Positions 11,757-23,698 of a stretch of 64,000 bases of DNA are shown piece by piece. Origin of the DNA: Chara braunii (lineage: Eukaryota; Plantae; Charophyceae); assembly GCA_003427395.1 (NCBI GenBank), contig BFEA01000037.1, positions 1,653,821 through 1,717,820 of the forward strand. Direction: 5' to 3'. The notes under the pieces are model-generated. The model ran no database searches. It had not been told where the DNA came from and saw only the letters and a program-made list of their open reading frames with translations. Each line of letters begins with the position of its first letter. Position 1 is the stretch's first letter. Both the position numbers and the translations under genes were made by a program.

Positions 11757-12739
11757 AATGTTTGTATGTAGATCAGGGGAGCTGACTGAGCGGTGAACCT
11801 CACTTTCACGATTGTCGTGTTCCTTTGCCCGAATTTATCAGACGATCCCAAACTAAGAGGACGGCACAAACGTCTAACACTTGTGCAGATGCAAAACATC
11901 ACATACACACATACAGATGCAGACACAAAATGCGCTACAAGCGTCAACCTTTAATCCATTCATAGCAAGCCACCCACGCCCCAAAACCTTGAAAACAACA
12001 TTCCTTCCTAAACCTGACTCCTCTTACCCCAACCCTTCACATTTTCAAAGACCTCTGAGTGTGATTTGGACAAGTTTAGGTGTAGATACATGAGGAAGAT
12101 TTATCTGTTCCCTTCCTAGGTCTTGTCTTAGGTGTGGGTACCAAGCCAGGTGGAAGTTGAGTCGGAGTTATACCGACCTGTTATCCAATAATAACAGAAT
12201 TTATAGTTCCCTTACGGATTTCTTCCGTAGTCCTCTCCAAGAGCGCTGAACCCTGTAGACATAGCACAGTCCGAAAGAATCTTAACGTCTTTTTTTCGAT
12301 GTTGGAATCTAGAAGATCCCTTCTAGCCTTGTGACCCAGTGTTTGGTGCTCACCGTCGACCTACTTCCTAACTCCTACCCTCACTATCAATTCCCTCGCC
12401 TGATTGGTCTAGGTAATGAACATAATTCATTCCCAGCCTGTTTGTCCCATCGGTTCCACTATGTCTCTTTAAAAGTTAATTATGAGCCCCATGTATATAA
12501 TGACCTCAAGCAATACCATTCATTCAATTCAGAGGGGAAATCACATGATAGAAATCAATTCAGGATTTCAAAGGGTGATAAGTCTCTCTGAGTCAAGGTC
12601 TCACTTATCCTTTCCTCACTGGAATCAGCAAGTTAGTAATGGTTCGAATTAGCTACATGAAGGCAGACATCTGGCAGTGGATTGGTCAAGATTCACTCAA
12701 ACTTTGTTGGTATCTGGCGTGGAGAGTACAAGTTATCAT

Positions 12740-13875
12740 GGCGACGAGGCAGCCTTCGTAGAGCCTCGCTCCTCTTAATTGCCTAGCATACATATATATA
12801 GATAGTTATATGGCGATGAGGCAGGCTTTAGAGAGCCTCGCTCCTCTCGATCGCCTAGCATAAGTATATAGATATGGCGATGAGGCAGGCTTCATAGAGC
12901 CTCGCTCTTCTCTATCGCTTAGTATATGTATATATAGATAGATATATGGCGACGAGGCAGGCTTTATAGAGTCTCGCTCCTCTCGATCGCTTAGTATATG
13001 TATATAAATATATAGATATATGGCGATGAGGCAGGCTTCATAGAGCCTCGCTCCTCTCGATCGCCTAATATTCTTATAAATATGGCGATGAGGCAGGCTT
13101 CATAGAGCCTCGCTCCTCTCGATCGCCNNNNNNNNNNNNNNNNNNNNNNNNNNNNNNNNNNNNNNNNNNNNNNNNNNNNNNNNNNNNNNNNNNNNNNNNN
13201 NNNNNNNNNNNNNNNNNNNNNNNNNNNNNNNNNNNNNNNNNNNNNNNNNNNNNNNNNNNNNNNNNNNNNNNNNNNNNNNNNNNNNNNNNNNNNNNNNNNN
13301 NNNNNNNNNNNNNNNNNNNNNNNNNNNNNNNNNNNNNNNNNNNNNNNNNNNNNNNNNNNNNNNNNNNNNNNNNNNNNNNNNNNNNNNNNNNNNNNNNNNN
13401 NNNNNNNNNNNNNNNNNNNNNNNNNNNNNNNNNNNNNNNNNNNNNNNNNNNNNNNNNNNNNNNNNNNNNNNNNNNNNNNNNNNNNNNNNNNNNNNNNNNN
13501 NNNNNNNNNNNNNNNNNNNNNNNNNNNNNNNNNNNNNNNNNNNNNNNNNNNNNNNNNNNNNNNNNNNNNNNNNNNNNNNNNNNNNNNNNNNNNNNNNNNN
13601 NNNNNNNNNNNNNNNNNNNNNNNNNNNNNNNNNNNNNNNNNNNNNNNNNNNNNNNNNNNNNNNNNNNNNNNNNNNNNNNNNNNNNNNNNNNNNNNNNNNN
13701 NNNNNNNNNNNNNNNNNNNNNNNNNNNNNNNNNNNNNNNNNNNNNNNNNNNNNNNNNNNNNNNNNNNATCGTCAAATAGAACTGCCCGGTAAACCGTAGG
13801 CAGAGAGGGAGAAGAGTATATATATAGATATGGCGATGAGGCAGGCTTCTTAGAGCCTCGCTTCTCTCGATCGCC
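12740..13875. repeat. Tandem array of ~44-bp hairpin units separated by variable TA-rich spacers
   Basis: GGCGATGAGGCAGGCTTCATAGAGCCTCGCTCCTCTCGATCGCC at 12740, 12812, 12876, 12948, 13022, 13084 and 13832; an N gap (13128-13767) lies inside. Confidence 0.9.
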
Positions 13876-14406
13876 TAGTATATATACAGATATCGACGCC
13901 CAGTCCCAACCTTGAACCATCCGGAAGCCTTTAGGATCACGCAGGTGGGTCACACGGGACTTGCACCTCATGTCCTAAATCCATCTGGCTGATCCTAAGC
14001 TGAGTTAGTCTGAATCCCCTTTTGTTATTCATTGGCCAAGGTTAGTTGAGGCAATTCATCATACCAGAGGGTTTTGTCACTCACAGCCCATTCTCCTGAT
14101 CCCCCAACTCTTTACTCTCTTGGTCAGGTGACCTATAAGCGAGGGAATACTGTCAGAAGTATACCCCTCTCCCTGTCCATCACATCTCGAAAGAAAACAT
14201 CCACGTAGCGAGACAATCAACTCAACACTTCTTGTTCTCGCTGTGTTTACCAACATCAGTTAGACATACCCCAGACAAATCATACTTCCCTTCCCTAATC
14301 TAAGCATTATTGTTTGCCTTCCTGTCCCCGGGTTTAGCCTTGAAGGATCCCTGACTCAAAGTATTCACTCCTTCAGTATTGTCATAGGCAGTCCCCTGAG
14401 GTTATA

Positions 14407-14433
14407 GGTTTAGGGTTTAGGGTTTAGGGTTTA
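14407..14433 (+). repeat. Interstitial plant-type telomeric repeat (TTTAGGG)3.5 / telo-box cluster
   Basis: GGTTTAGGGTTTAGGGTTTAGGGTTTA read directly. Confidence 0.85.
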
Positions 14434-14799
14434 TGTTGAGGCACACATACCTCACTGTTCCCTGCCTCCAGAGTTCCGCCTGAACTCTGGCAGAGCTCCC
14501 GCAATCGCCCTGACATTGGTCATATACAACTCATGCAATCGATTGCTGGCTCTTAGGGTTAGCTTAGGTCAGGGTTAACTCAACGGGGATCAGACCCCTA
14601 TCAATAAGTCGAGGAGGCATGTATCTGAGAGGACCGCATGAAGACAAGTATGGAGGAGGATGGAGGAGGTGGGCACCATGATAGCGTCTCCCTCCTCTCC
14701 AATTCCCCCCATACTCTTCTTCACCTCCTGCCTTGTACTGATGTCGCATGTCAGCTATATTAACTAACAGAGATAGCAGAAATAATCAAACGATAACAA

Positions 14800-14829
14800 T
14801 CGGTAATAATAAAATAAATAACAACAGAA

Positions 14830-14879
<50 letters not shown>

Positions 14880-17574
14880 CAGACTAAGGGAAAGAAGATG
14901 CCCTTTTTGTCGATGTTCCCTCCTTGTCATAACTCCTCCCTTTTCTCATTCTCTCTTTCTCTGTCCCTCTCTTCCTCCCTTTGTGTATACGTCCCCCTTT
15001 TGTGTGTCCCCGTGTATGTGTCTCACTGTATATGTCGCAATCTGCAATGTGTGTCACGGTGCTAGTTATTGTGCATGTCACCATGACTGCGTGTGTCACC
15101 GTGTGATTATCACCATGTGACAGTGTGACTGTGCGGCTATCACTATGTATGTGTCACAGTGCATGTATCACTGAGTGGCTGTCACTCCACCGTGTACTCC
15201 GTGTGCGACTGTGTGCCTGAATCTGTGTCTTCTCTATGTACGTTACTGTGTATGTTACAGTCTATATCTCACTGTCTATCCCACGGTTCGTGTCACACTG
15301 GGTGCATCACAATTTGTATCTTGCTGTGTACGCTACAGCCTCTGTCACTCTTTGTATATCACAACCTGTATTTTACTGTGCATGCCACAGTCTGTGTCCC
15401 GCTATGTATGTCACAGCCCGTGCCTCACAGTGCATGTCACAGTCTGTGTCACATTGTGTATGTCACAACTTGTGTCACTGTGTACGTCACAGTCTGTGTC
15501 ACTGTGTATGTCACAGTTCGTGTCCCTGTGTATGTCACCGTGTTGTGTGTGTCTTAGTGTTTCACTGTGCCTGCTTCACTGTGTATGCGTGTGTTTCACC
15601 GTGCATGTGTCATTGTGTGTCTGTGTGACTGCGACACTGTGCATTTGTGTGACACGACGCATCTGTATATCCTTGTATGTGTCTCACTGTATATGTCGCA
15701 ATCTGCTGTGTGTGTCACGGTGTTTGTTACTGTGTATGTCACCGTGACTGCGTGTATTTGCGAGACTGCGCGAAGATGTCCCGCATGCCTTGAGCCCGTG
15801 TGTCACACGGTCCATGTGTGTGTTGTCACCATGCCCCCTCTGTTCGTGATTGTCACAGTATTTGCGTGTGCGTGACTGTTTGTGTACACGCAGCTGTCTG
15901 TGTGTGTCACAGTGGCTGTGTGTTACTGTATATGTGCGCGCCACTTGTGACTGTGTGCGTCACAGTAGCTGTGTGATAGGGTAGTTGCGGCCATAGCCGC
16001 CATAGCTAGAGTTAGTGTGTAGTGTGCACGTGTGTCTTTCATCTGCCTGTCTGCATTATCTACCTGCACATCTGTGCTTGTCTTGATAGGTCTGTGTCTG
16101 TCCATGTTGAGCCTGTCTGCCTGCCGCAACCTGTTTGGTTGCCGGTGTCTGGCTGTCTGCTTCAGACTGTCTATCTGTTCGATAGTCTGTATGTCCGTGC
16201 CTGTTTACCTCCCCTTCTTTTCTCTCACCGGGGATGAGGCACAGCTCAATCAGTCCCATTCCAGCCAGTCCAATCTAGTCAAGCAAGTACCGTCTAGGAC
16301 TGTGTACACCGTGGGCCAGGGAAACAGGGCAGACCAACGAGTCACAAAAGTATAATCAAGAGGTCACGCACAACCATTCATTCATTCCTGCGAGAGCCAT
16401 GCGGAAGCGCTGTCTCAGCGTCTTGTGCGAGGAAGTCTGCAATGAGCCCGGAGGACGCAGTGTGCGAGTGTTCAGAGTTACGCGTGTGAGATACCCAGGG
16501 TGATCTGGTGCATGCGTACAAAGAGTTGTTTGGGCGCAAAGTCGTCATAGTCACCGAAAGTGAACTCGTATCTGAACTGTGTTCTCGGCTACCATATCTC
16601 TGAGTACTGTGTGGGCTCGTGTTGCCAATTTGCTATGCTGCTGTTTTCATGCATGTAAAGTGTGACTGAAAGTGAGTCTGATTACTCACTAGTAATACTA
16701 ATAATAATAATAATAATAATAATAAAAGCAATAGTGAACTTCAGCAATCAAGCAGCATCACCTACACAGACCGGATAGTCGTGCCCTCGAAACAACAACA
16801 GAATTGCATCACGTGTTTCACCAAGTAAGAACACCAAGAGTTCATATTTGATAATGTTGAATCAGATATAGTCCCATCATCATCCTGAAGAACCAGAGTT
16901 GATATCCTACCCGGCGCTCAGCGCCCAGTCTACATATGGCCGATCATATCTAGCCCACTACTATACGGCCGTTGGTGGTATTGACAACTTTCCAAAGTGC
17001 GAGCAGACAACGGCCAATACCGCACGCATTTGCACCAGGTAAGTCTCTCCCTTCACTCACAGCCTTGACCCGCACCTGCTGATGCCACGTGTATCATCTC
17101 TCTCTCTCACCTCCTTCCTCTCACTCTCTCACTCGTAGTCTGTAGATGCTGGGAGGTCAGGTATCGAGAGGGTGAGGGAGAGATGGTGGACTTAGAGGAG
17201 GAAGAAGAATAACTCTCTCTCGTTCCCTCTCATGTACATCTCTTTTCCCCCACCATTACCTGTTAACTAAGTTCGATGCAGTCCGCAACACGATCCGATA
17301 CGACACGCAACATATTGCGTCCTCAACATGGTGAGCACGAATGACACAATCGTGCCTTCCAACAATTTGGTCGGATAGCGGTCAACCCCATGATGCCACC
17401 TGTTGAGGCACCACACATCCTGCATGTCTTTAGCTTTCGCTTATGGTAGGTACGCAAGGCAGGCAAGAACAAACTGTTTCAATGATAATAATAAAATAAT
17501 GATAAAATAATAATAATAATACTAATAATAATATCACCAATAATAATAACAACAACCACAATAATAAAAAAAAA

Positions 17575-17615
<41 letters not shown>

Positions 17616-17680
17616 CATCACCAAGAAGAACAAAACAGAAATAATAATTATAATCATAATCATAATCATAATAATAGTGA
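14800..17680. repeat. Low-complexity block: (AAT)n runs flanking a TGTGTCAC-rich degenerate minisatellite
   Basis: (AAT)n near 14835-14880, 16690-16725 and 17480-17680; many GTGTCACTGTGTATGTCAC-like units in 14990-16000. Confidence 0.7.
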
Positions 17681-18402
17681 ACGCTACTTATTGTTTTAGT
17701 CATATGCCTGTCTGAAATCGTTGGGAGATCGACAGTCCCGGCGAGAATCCTCCATTTCTTTCTCTTATATACACGCACCCACGCATGCTCTCACGTACGT
17801 ACTTATGTATATACATGCCAGTGCGCACACAAGTAGTAGTGCATACTTCCGCGTTCTAGCGACAGATTCAACTGATTTCGCTCGTCCTACAGCAGGAAGT
17901 AGCATGCTTTCTGCCGCGCGACCAACACACACTCGTACACATGTATATTTCCATGTTTTAACGGTAGATTCATACGATTTTGCTCTCCCTATGGGTAGTA
18001 GTGCCAAGGAGTAGACCGCGGGATGGGAGACTTACTTGCTCCTCTCTCTCACTCCGCAGCCCGATTCGTCACGAAGCTTCAACACAGTGCGTCCATAGCC
18101 CAGGCACGATGGACATAGTGCGTATTCCCAGAAGTCGGGCGGGTAAGTCGTGTTTCCTCCCCCTTTCTTTCTTCTCCTTCTTCTCCTTCTCCTTCTTCTT
18201 CTTCTTCTTCGTTGTTGTCACCTTCCCCTACTGCCTACTCTCTTCTCTTCGTGCCCTCTCTGCCAGCCGCAGCAGCAGTAAGCTTTGAATGTACCCGGTC
18301 GCGGTTTGTGACCGGGTTCATTCAATTCTAGCATTGAGACTTCTTCCTTCTATTTTTTTGGCTCCTCCCCCTTCCTCTCTCCTACTTACACAGACACACA
18401 CT

Positions 18403-18433
<31 letters not shown>

Positions 18434-18595
18434 ATACGCACTCCATCGATAGGATGAGCAAAATCGAAATGAATCTTCTGCTGAAACGGGGAAATGTACA
18501 CTGCCACCTTTCGATTTGCTCGTTCTATCGATCCAAGTAGCTCGCGTCGAGCCGTGGGTTGGGGACTTAGTAGTTGGCCAAGGTTGGGGACTTAT

Positions 18596-18639
<44 letters not shown>

Positions 18640-21600
18640 NNNNNNNNNNNNNNNNNNNNNNNNNNNNNNNNNNNNNNNNNNNNNNNNNNNNNNNNNNNNN
18701 NNNNNNNNNNNNNNNNNNNNNNNNNNNNNNNNNNNNNNNNNNNNNNNNNNNNNNNNNNNNNNNNNNNNNNNNNNNNNNNNNNNNNNNNNNNNNNNNNNNN
18801 NNNNNNNNNNNNNNNNNNNNNNNNNNNNNNNNNNNNNNNNNNNNNNNNNNNNNNNNNNNNNNNNNNNNNNNNNNNNNNNNNNNNNNNNNNNNNNNNNNNN
18901 NNNNNNNNNNNNNNNNNNNNNNNNNNNNNNNNNNNNNNNNNNNNNNNNNNNNNNNNNNNNNNNNNNNNNNNNNNNNNNNNNNNNNNNNNNNNNNNNNNNN
19001 NNNNNNNNNNNNNNNNNNNNNNNNNNNNNNNNNNNNNNNNNNNNNNNNNNNNNNNNNNNNNNNNNNNNNNNNNNNNNNNNNNNNNNNNNNNNNNNNNNNN
19101 NNNNNNNNNNNNNNNNNNNNNNNNNNNNNNNNNNNNNNNNNNNNNNNNNNNNNNNNNNNNNNNNNNNNNNNNNNNNNNNNNNNNNNNNNNNNNNNNNNNN
19201 NNNNNNNNNNNNNNNNNNNNNNNNNNNNNNNNNNNNNNNNNNNNNNNNNNNNNNNNNNNNTGGTAGGTTCATTCGTGTGATAGTGTGTATTTCCATGTTC
19301 TAGCGGTGGATTCATCCTATCGATGGAGTCAGATGGAGGTCCACCGCACGATCGGAGTACATGCACGCACTCATACACACACACACACACACTCTTACGT
19401 ACACATTCTTACGTACACATTCTTACGTACACATTCTTACACTCACGTACACACACGCCCGGGCACACGAGTATTAGTAGTGCACCTACCCATGTTTAGC
19501 GGTAGGTTCATTCGCTTTTGCTCATCCTAACCTTGGAAGTACAGCGTGAGATTGGAGACTTACCCGTTCACTCTCTAGCTCCGGCGTCGTCGTCGAGGCA
19601 GTTGTCAGCTCATCGTTGTCGTGCTCGTCGCGCGGTCAGGTAAGTATTTTCTCCTCTTCTTCTCTTCTTTCTTCTCCTTCTTCTTCTCCTTCTCCTTTCC
19701 CTTTTCTCGCTCCTTCTCTTTCTCCCTCTTTCTCTAAATGATAAGTTTCAAGGAACCTTCTTCGGCGCTCCCTGCGGTAACCGCCGAGATCACCGCAATC
19801 CAGACACTTCACCGGTCCACTCAATCGGTAGGAGCAACGGGCCGCGTACGAAGGGCAGGGTCGTAATCAATGCGATCCTGATGACTCGCGCTTACCAGGC
19901 ATCCCTCATTTAAGATCAATAAATACAACAATCTTCCCCGTCGCAGTGGACTCCTTCCCTCTTCCCGCTTCTTCTTCTTCTTCTTCTTCTTCTTCTTCTT
20001 CCTCTTTCTTCTTCTCGCGCGCCCCACTTCTGCTTGCTGGCAATCGTGTTTTCCCTTTTCTTGCCCCCGTACCCCTTTCTTTAGCATCCGCGCCCCTTTC
20101 CTCCTCGTATGCGGTCGCTACCTCACTGCGCTCCTCTCCTACCCCCTGCTCCTCGCTGCTCTCGTCCTTCGCCCACTCGCAATCCCCTCTGCTCGCTAGC
20201 CCGGGCTTGCTGTGTCGCTCTCTTGGCCCATACGCTACCCTTCCCTGCCGTACTCCAACTCGATAGTCCTCCCCGTCGTTGTCGGAGCGGGATGTCGGGA
20301 AGTCCCGGGGGAATGAACCTGCCCCGGTTCTAACCATTAGTTCATCTAGTTTTCTTACGAGAATCGGGGCAAAAATAAATAAATCAAGAAAAACAAAAGA
20401 ATCTAGAAATTGTAAAAAAAATAAAATAAAAAAAAATTGAATAAGACAAAAGAAAGAGAAATCTAACTACCTAACTACCCGGTCGTGCCATCTATCGGGC
20501 AGACCACCTAACTAGAACTAATCCTAACACTAAGGTCGCGGGTTCAAGCCCCGGCCACTCGAAACCGGACAAAACAAAAGCGGGGCTCTCTTTTCAAAAG
20601 GAGCTAGCTCAGCAATGAATTGGATTCGTTCCCTGGATCCACTGCTTAACGACCTATACCTAAACCTACTGAGCTAGCTCCTTCTCCAATTAGTAAAAGA
20701 GCCGCTCAGATATAAGTAGAGTACCGGGGTTCAACCCACCTAGTGGTCTGAGCCCGTTTCTAGGTCTGTGCGTGGACACGCTTGATGGTCTGCGTGCCTG
20801 TCTGAGCGCTCGCCGACCTTGAGTGTGTGTGTGCCCCAAGCGGGCACTTGATTCAACGGAAAGCCCGAAGGGTCGGTACTTACCTGTGACCGGGACATTG
20901 AGGTTGGCCGCGGGGAAAACACTCAAGTGGCGGGAAGAGAGGTTTGCGGCACTTAAGAGCCGCCTGGAACACTTGAGTAGCAGGTAGGCCGGTATCACTC
21001 CAAGTCGGACGTGCCGGGTAGTCAAGGCCAAGCAGAAGAAGACAAAATCGGCGTTTTTCATAGGCCTAGTACCGTTAGGTAGGCGTGTATCAGTCCAAGT
21101 AGTATGAGTCTAGGCCCTGTATAGATGATATCAGAGCTTACACCGGTGTCTCCCTTGGTAGAGGGACGAAGGCACCGGTCGCTAGGGTAGTCATGCGGTC
21201 AGGAAGTCACCTCCCAAGGGGCGACTCCCTTTTCTACCTACGGGAGGCTGAGTTAGAGCCTCAACCTCGCTTATGGTGCGCAAGTAAGGATAAAGGTACC
21301 GCTCGAGCAATCGTCAACAATCGGGATGCTACCTCAACCCCGATGATCATACACTAATAATTGCTCCGGTCGTACGACCGGGGCGTGTATTAATTTATTC
21401 TGACTGATGTACTGACGATTAAGTCTCAGCGTACATCGTAGATCTACTCGTCATAACATCAACCCTATCGACCCCTCAACCTCTTTGGTCGAAGGGTATT
21501 ACTGCAGATCCTAACCTTCACAGTGTGCGTCATAACAACACGCGCGCATACTTAACGAAATTTTCTCACCGATTTTGCCCCGGACTCAATGGCCGAGGAA

Positions 21601-21734
21601 TTCGTTTCGAGTGTCACGCTCAAGCATGCACACCCTTTCTATTCCAGACTGGCTCCGTCATGGTAGCCGATGCCGCCACCGTGTCTAATGCAAAAGCATG
21701 GCCAAATACCCTTGTAAGGGTATTTGGTCTGACA

Positions 21735-23698
21735 CCGCAGCCCAGGCCCAGCCTATGGCCCCGCCACCATCGCCCGCTCCTAGTTCGCAAGGGGGCGTGG
21801 CTGGAGGTGGGAACCAGGGTCAGGGCAATCAAGGCAATGGAGGAAGGGGTGGTGGAAGGGGGAGAGGCAGGAATGGCGGCGGTCGGGGAGGACAATGGAA
21901 TGGCCAAGGTCAGGGGCACCAAGGTCAGGGGGATCAAGGAAGTCAGGGGTATGGAAGAGCCCGCTTTGACTGGAGGTCGGCTATCTGCCAACACTGCGAC
22001 CAGCAAGGCCACACTATAAGGTTTTGTTACATAAGGCAGGAGGATGAGAAGAACGGGCTGATTTCCTCCACCATGGATGGAAACATCTATGACCAGTTTG
22101 GAGATTTTATCGACAGGAAGTTTGGCGGAGTGAGAGCGGAGGCACAACGAAGAGCGGCAGCGGGACCACCACCCCCTGCGACGTTCAGGTTGTGGCAGGA
22201 AAAGGAAGGACCACCAATTGGGGTAGAGGAAGTGGGGAGTGATGAGGAAGTGACTCAGGGGCTACGAAAAGGAGGTAAGAGGGAAGAGCCCATAATCATT
22301 GAGTCAGACGACGATGGAACCTCTGTCCGCCTTGTTGGGGAAAATGGAGGACCTGTTGGACAAGATGGGGAGGTACCAAAGGAAGTTGGTGGACCTCTGT
22401 GAGGGGGTAAGGGAATGGAGGTCTAACGTCGCCAATGTGTTCCTTTATGACTCCGGCCCGGAGTCAGCGCCCGGGCGACCCGGAGTAAATGTAGTGGGGT
22501 CGGGCCTGCGAACGGGGACGATGATGAGACCTCTTACCCCGCAAGCCCGGCTGACACAGGCAGCGCGAACGCGAAGTCAGGCCAAGGCCAGTGCTAGCCA
22601 AGAACCTCCCCGGAGAGAGCCTGAGCCAGGAAGAAGGAAGGAGGATGTGGAAGTGGAGGATGATGACGACGAGGAGGAAGAGGATGAAAGGTTGCGCCAA
22701 GAAGAGGACCAGAGGGCGGAGCAAAGGGTGAGGAAAAGAGAGGCCAGGGAAGCGGCTGAGCCGGTTTTGCACGGCTGGAAGAATGGTTTGACGTAGAGAA
22801 GGTGATTGACAGGTTGTTAGAAGGGCATAATGACCTCATGACCTTAAAGGAAATCTTGGCGTCAGCCCCTAAGCTCCGCGATGGATTGAAGGGGAGGTTG
22901 TCGTGGCGTCTGGTACCCAACGTCCATCTGGGTACGATCCTGCCCAAGGAGGTGGAGTGGGCAGAGTCGGGCACGAAGATGGATTGGACGTGTGTGGCCT
23001 GCGGCACACTGGATTTTGTAGTGAAGGGCTCCAAGTGTACAGCGATGGTGAACACAGGGGCGGAGATGAATATCATCCGGGAGGCGGATTCCATCAGGTT
23101 CGGACTGGATATAGACCGATGTGACTGCGGCATTCTACATGGGGCAAGCTGCAGGGCCATGTTTTGTGGGACAGCCTCGAATGTGTTCATCGAGGTTGGG
23201 AAAGTAAAGGCCAGAGCATGTTTCTTCGTCATGCCGGATGTGGATCACGGAATCCTCCTAGGGAGGTAATTTTTTAGCTGAACGGAAACCGTGATATTCA
23301 ATAAGCATGACGGGACTTTGATCCTCCTCCTATGCGACCCTGCCTGCGGGAATTATGAGGTGATCACCTGCAGGAATACGGGGCCGAAGAGCATAAGGAA
23401 CCGGCCCAATCCAGGGTCCTTCACAATCGAGGAGTCGGAGGGCGAGCGCCGGACGCTCCGGGCGGAGCCAGAAGAGGAAAAGAGGGTTGAAGCATTCTCC
23501 CTCAGCCTGTCGGACGTGGGAAAGGCCATGGATTTGGTGGCCGCACATGAGATGGCAGATCCGGATGCCATCCAGGCATTGAGGGAGCAGGTCCTGGAAT
23601 GCCCCGAGCCAGGGAGATTGGAATTGGTATATCGTCTTCCGGATGGCAGGAGGAACCCGACGTTGATGCAGGCGCAATCCGTGAATGGCCTTTTTTAG
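21735..23698 (+). pseudogene. gag C-terminus (Gly-rich region, CCHC knuckle) and aspartic protease of element A
   Basis: CQHCDQQGHTIRFC knuckle; AMVNTGAEMNII protease site (D>N) and ILLGR motif; several frameshifts and stops. Confidence 0.88.

Larger units (their letters stand above)
11154..21734 (-). mobile_element. Solo LTR B (10581 bp including two N gaps) of the same family, inserted in A's gag
   Basis: Begins TGTTG and ends TGACA on +; 4-bp TSD CCGC (11150-11153, 21735-21738). Removing it restores IYPAAQAQPM in frame. Both termini are homologous to LTR A termini. Confidence 0.9.

Noticed and set aside
12740-13875. CRISPR array
   Set aside because: Spacers are low-complexity TA-rich and variable in length, there are no cas genes, and the context is a eukaryotic LTR.
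16440-17045. Coding-looking segment ending in a CAG|GTAAGT donor
   Set aside because: The frames I translated contain stops and no recognisable domain.
12991-19390. Long ORFs in the track spanning X runs
   Set aside because: Artefacts of N gaps 13128-13767 and 18640-19260.
20533-20560. tRNA T-arm-like GGTCGCGGGTTCAAGCCCCGGCC in LTR B
   Set aside because: No recognisable D-arm or acceptor stem; at most an isolated B-box.
21126-21137. Met-type PBS-like TGATATCAGAGC
   Set aside because: One mismatch, not preceded by an LTR-terminal CA, and no associated coding region.
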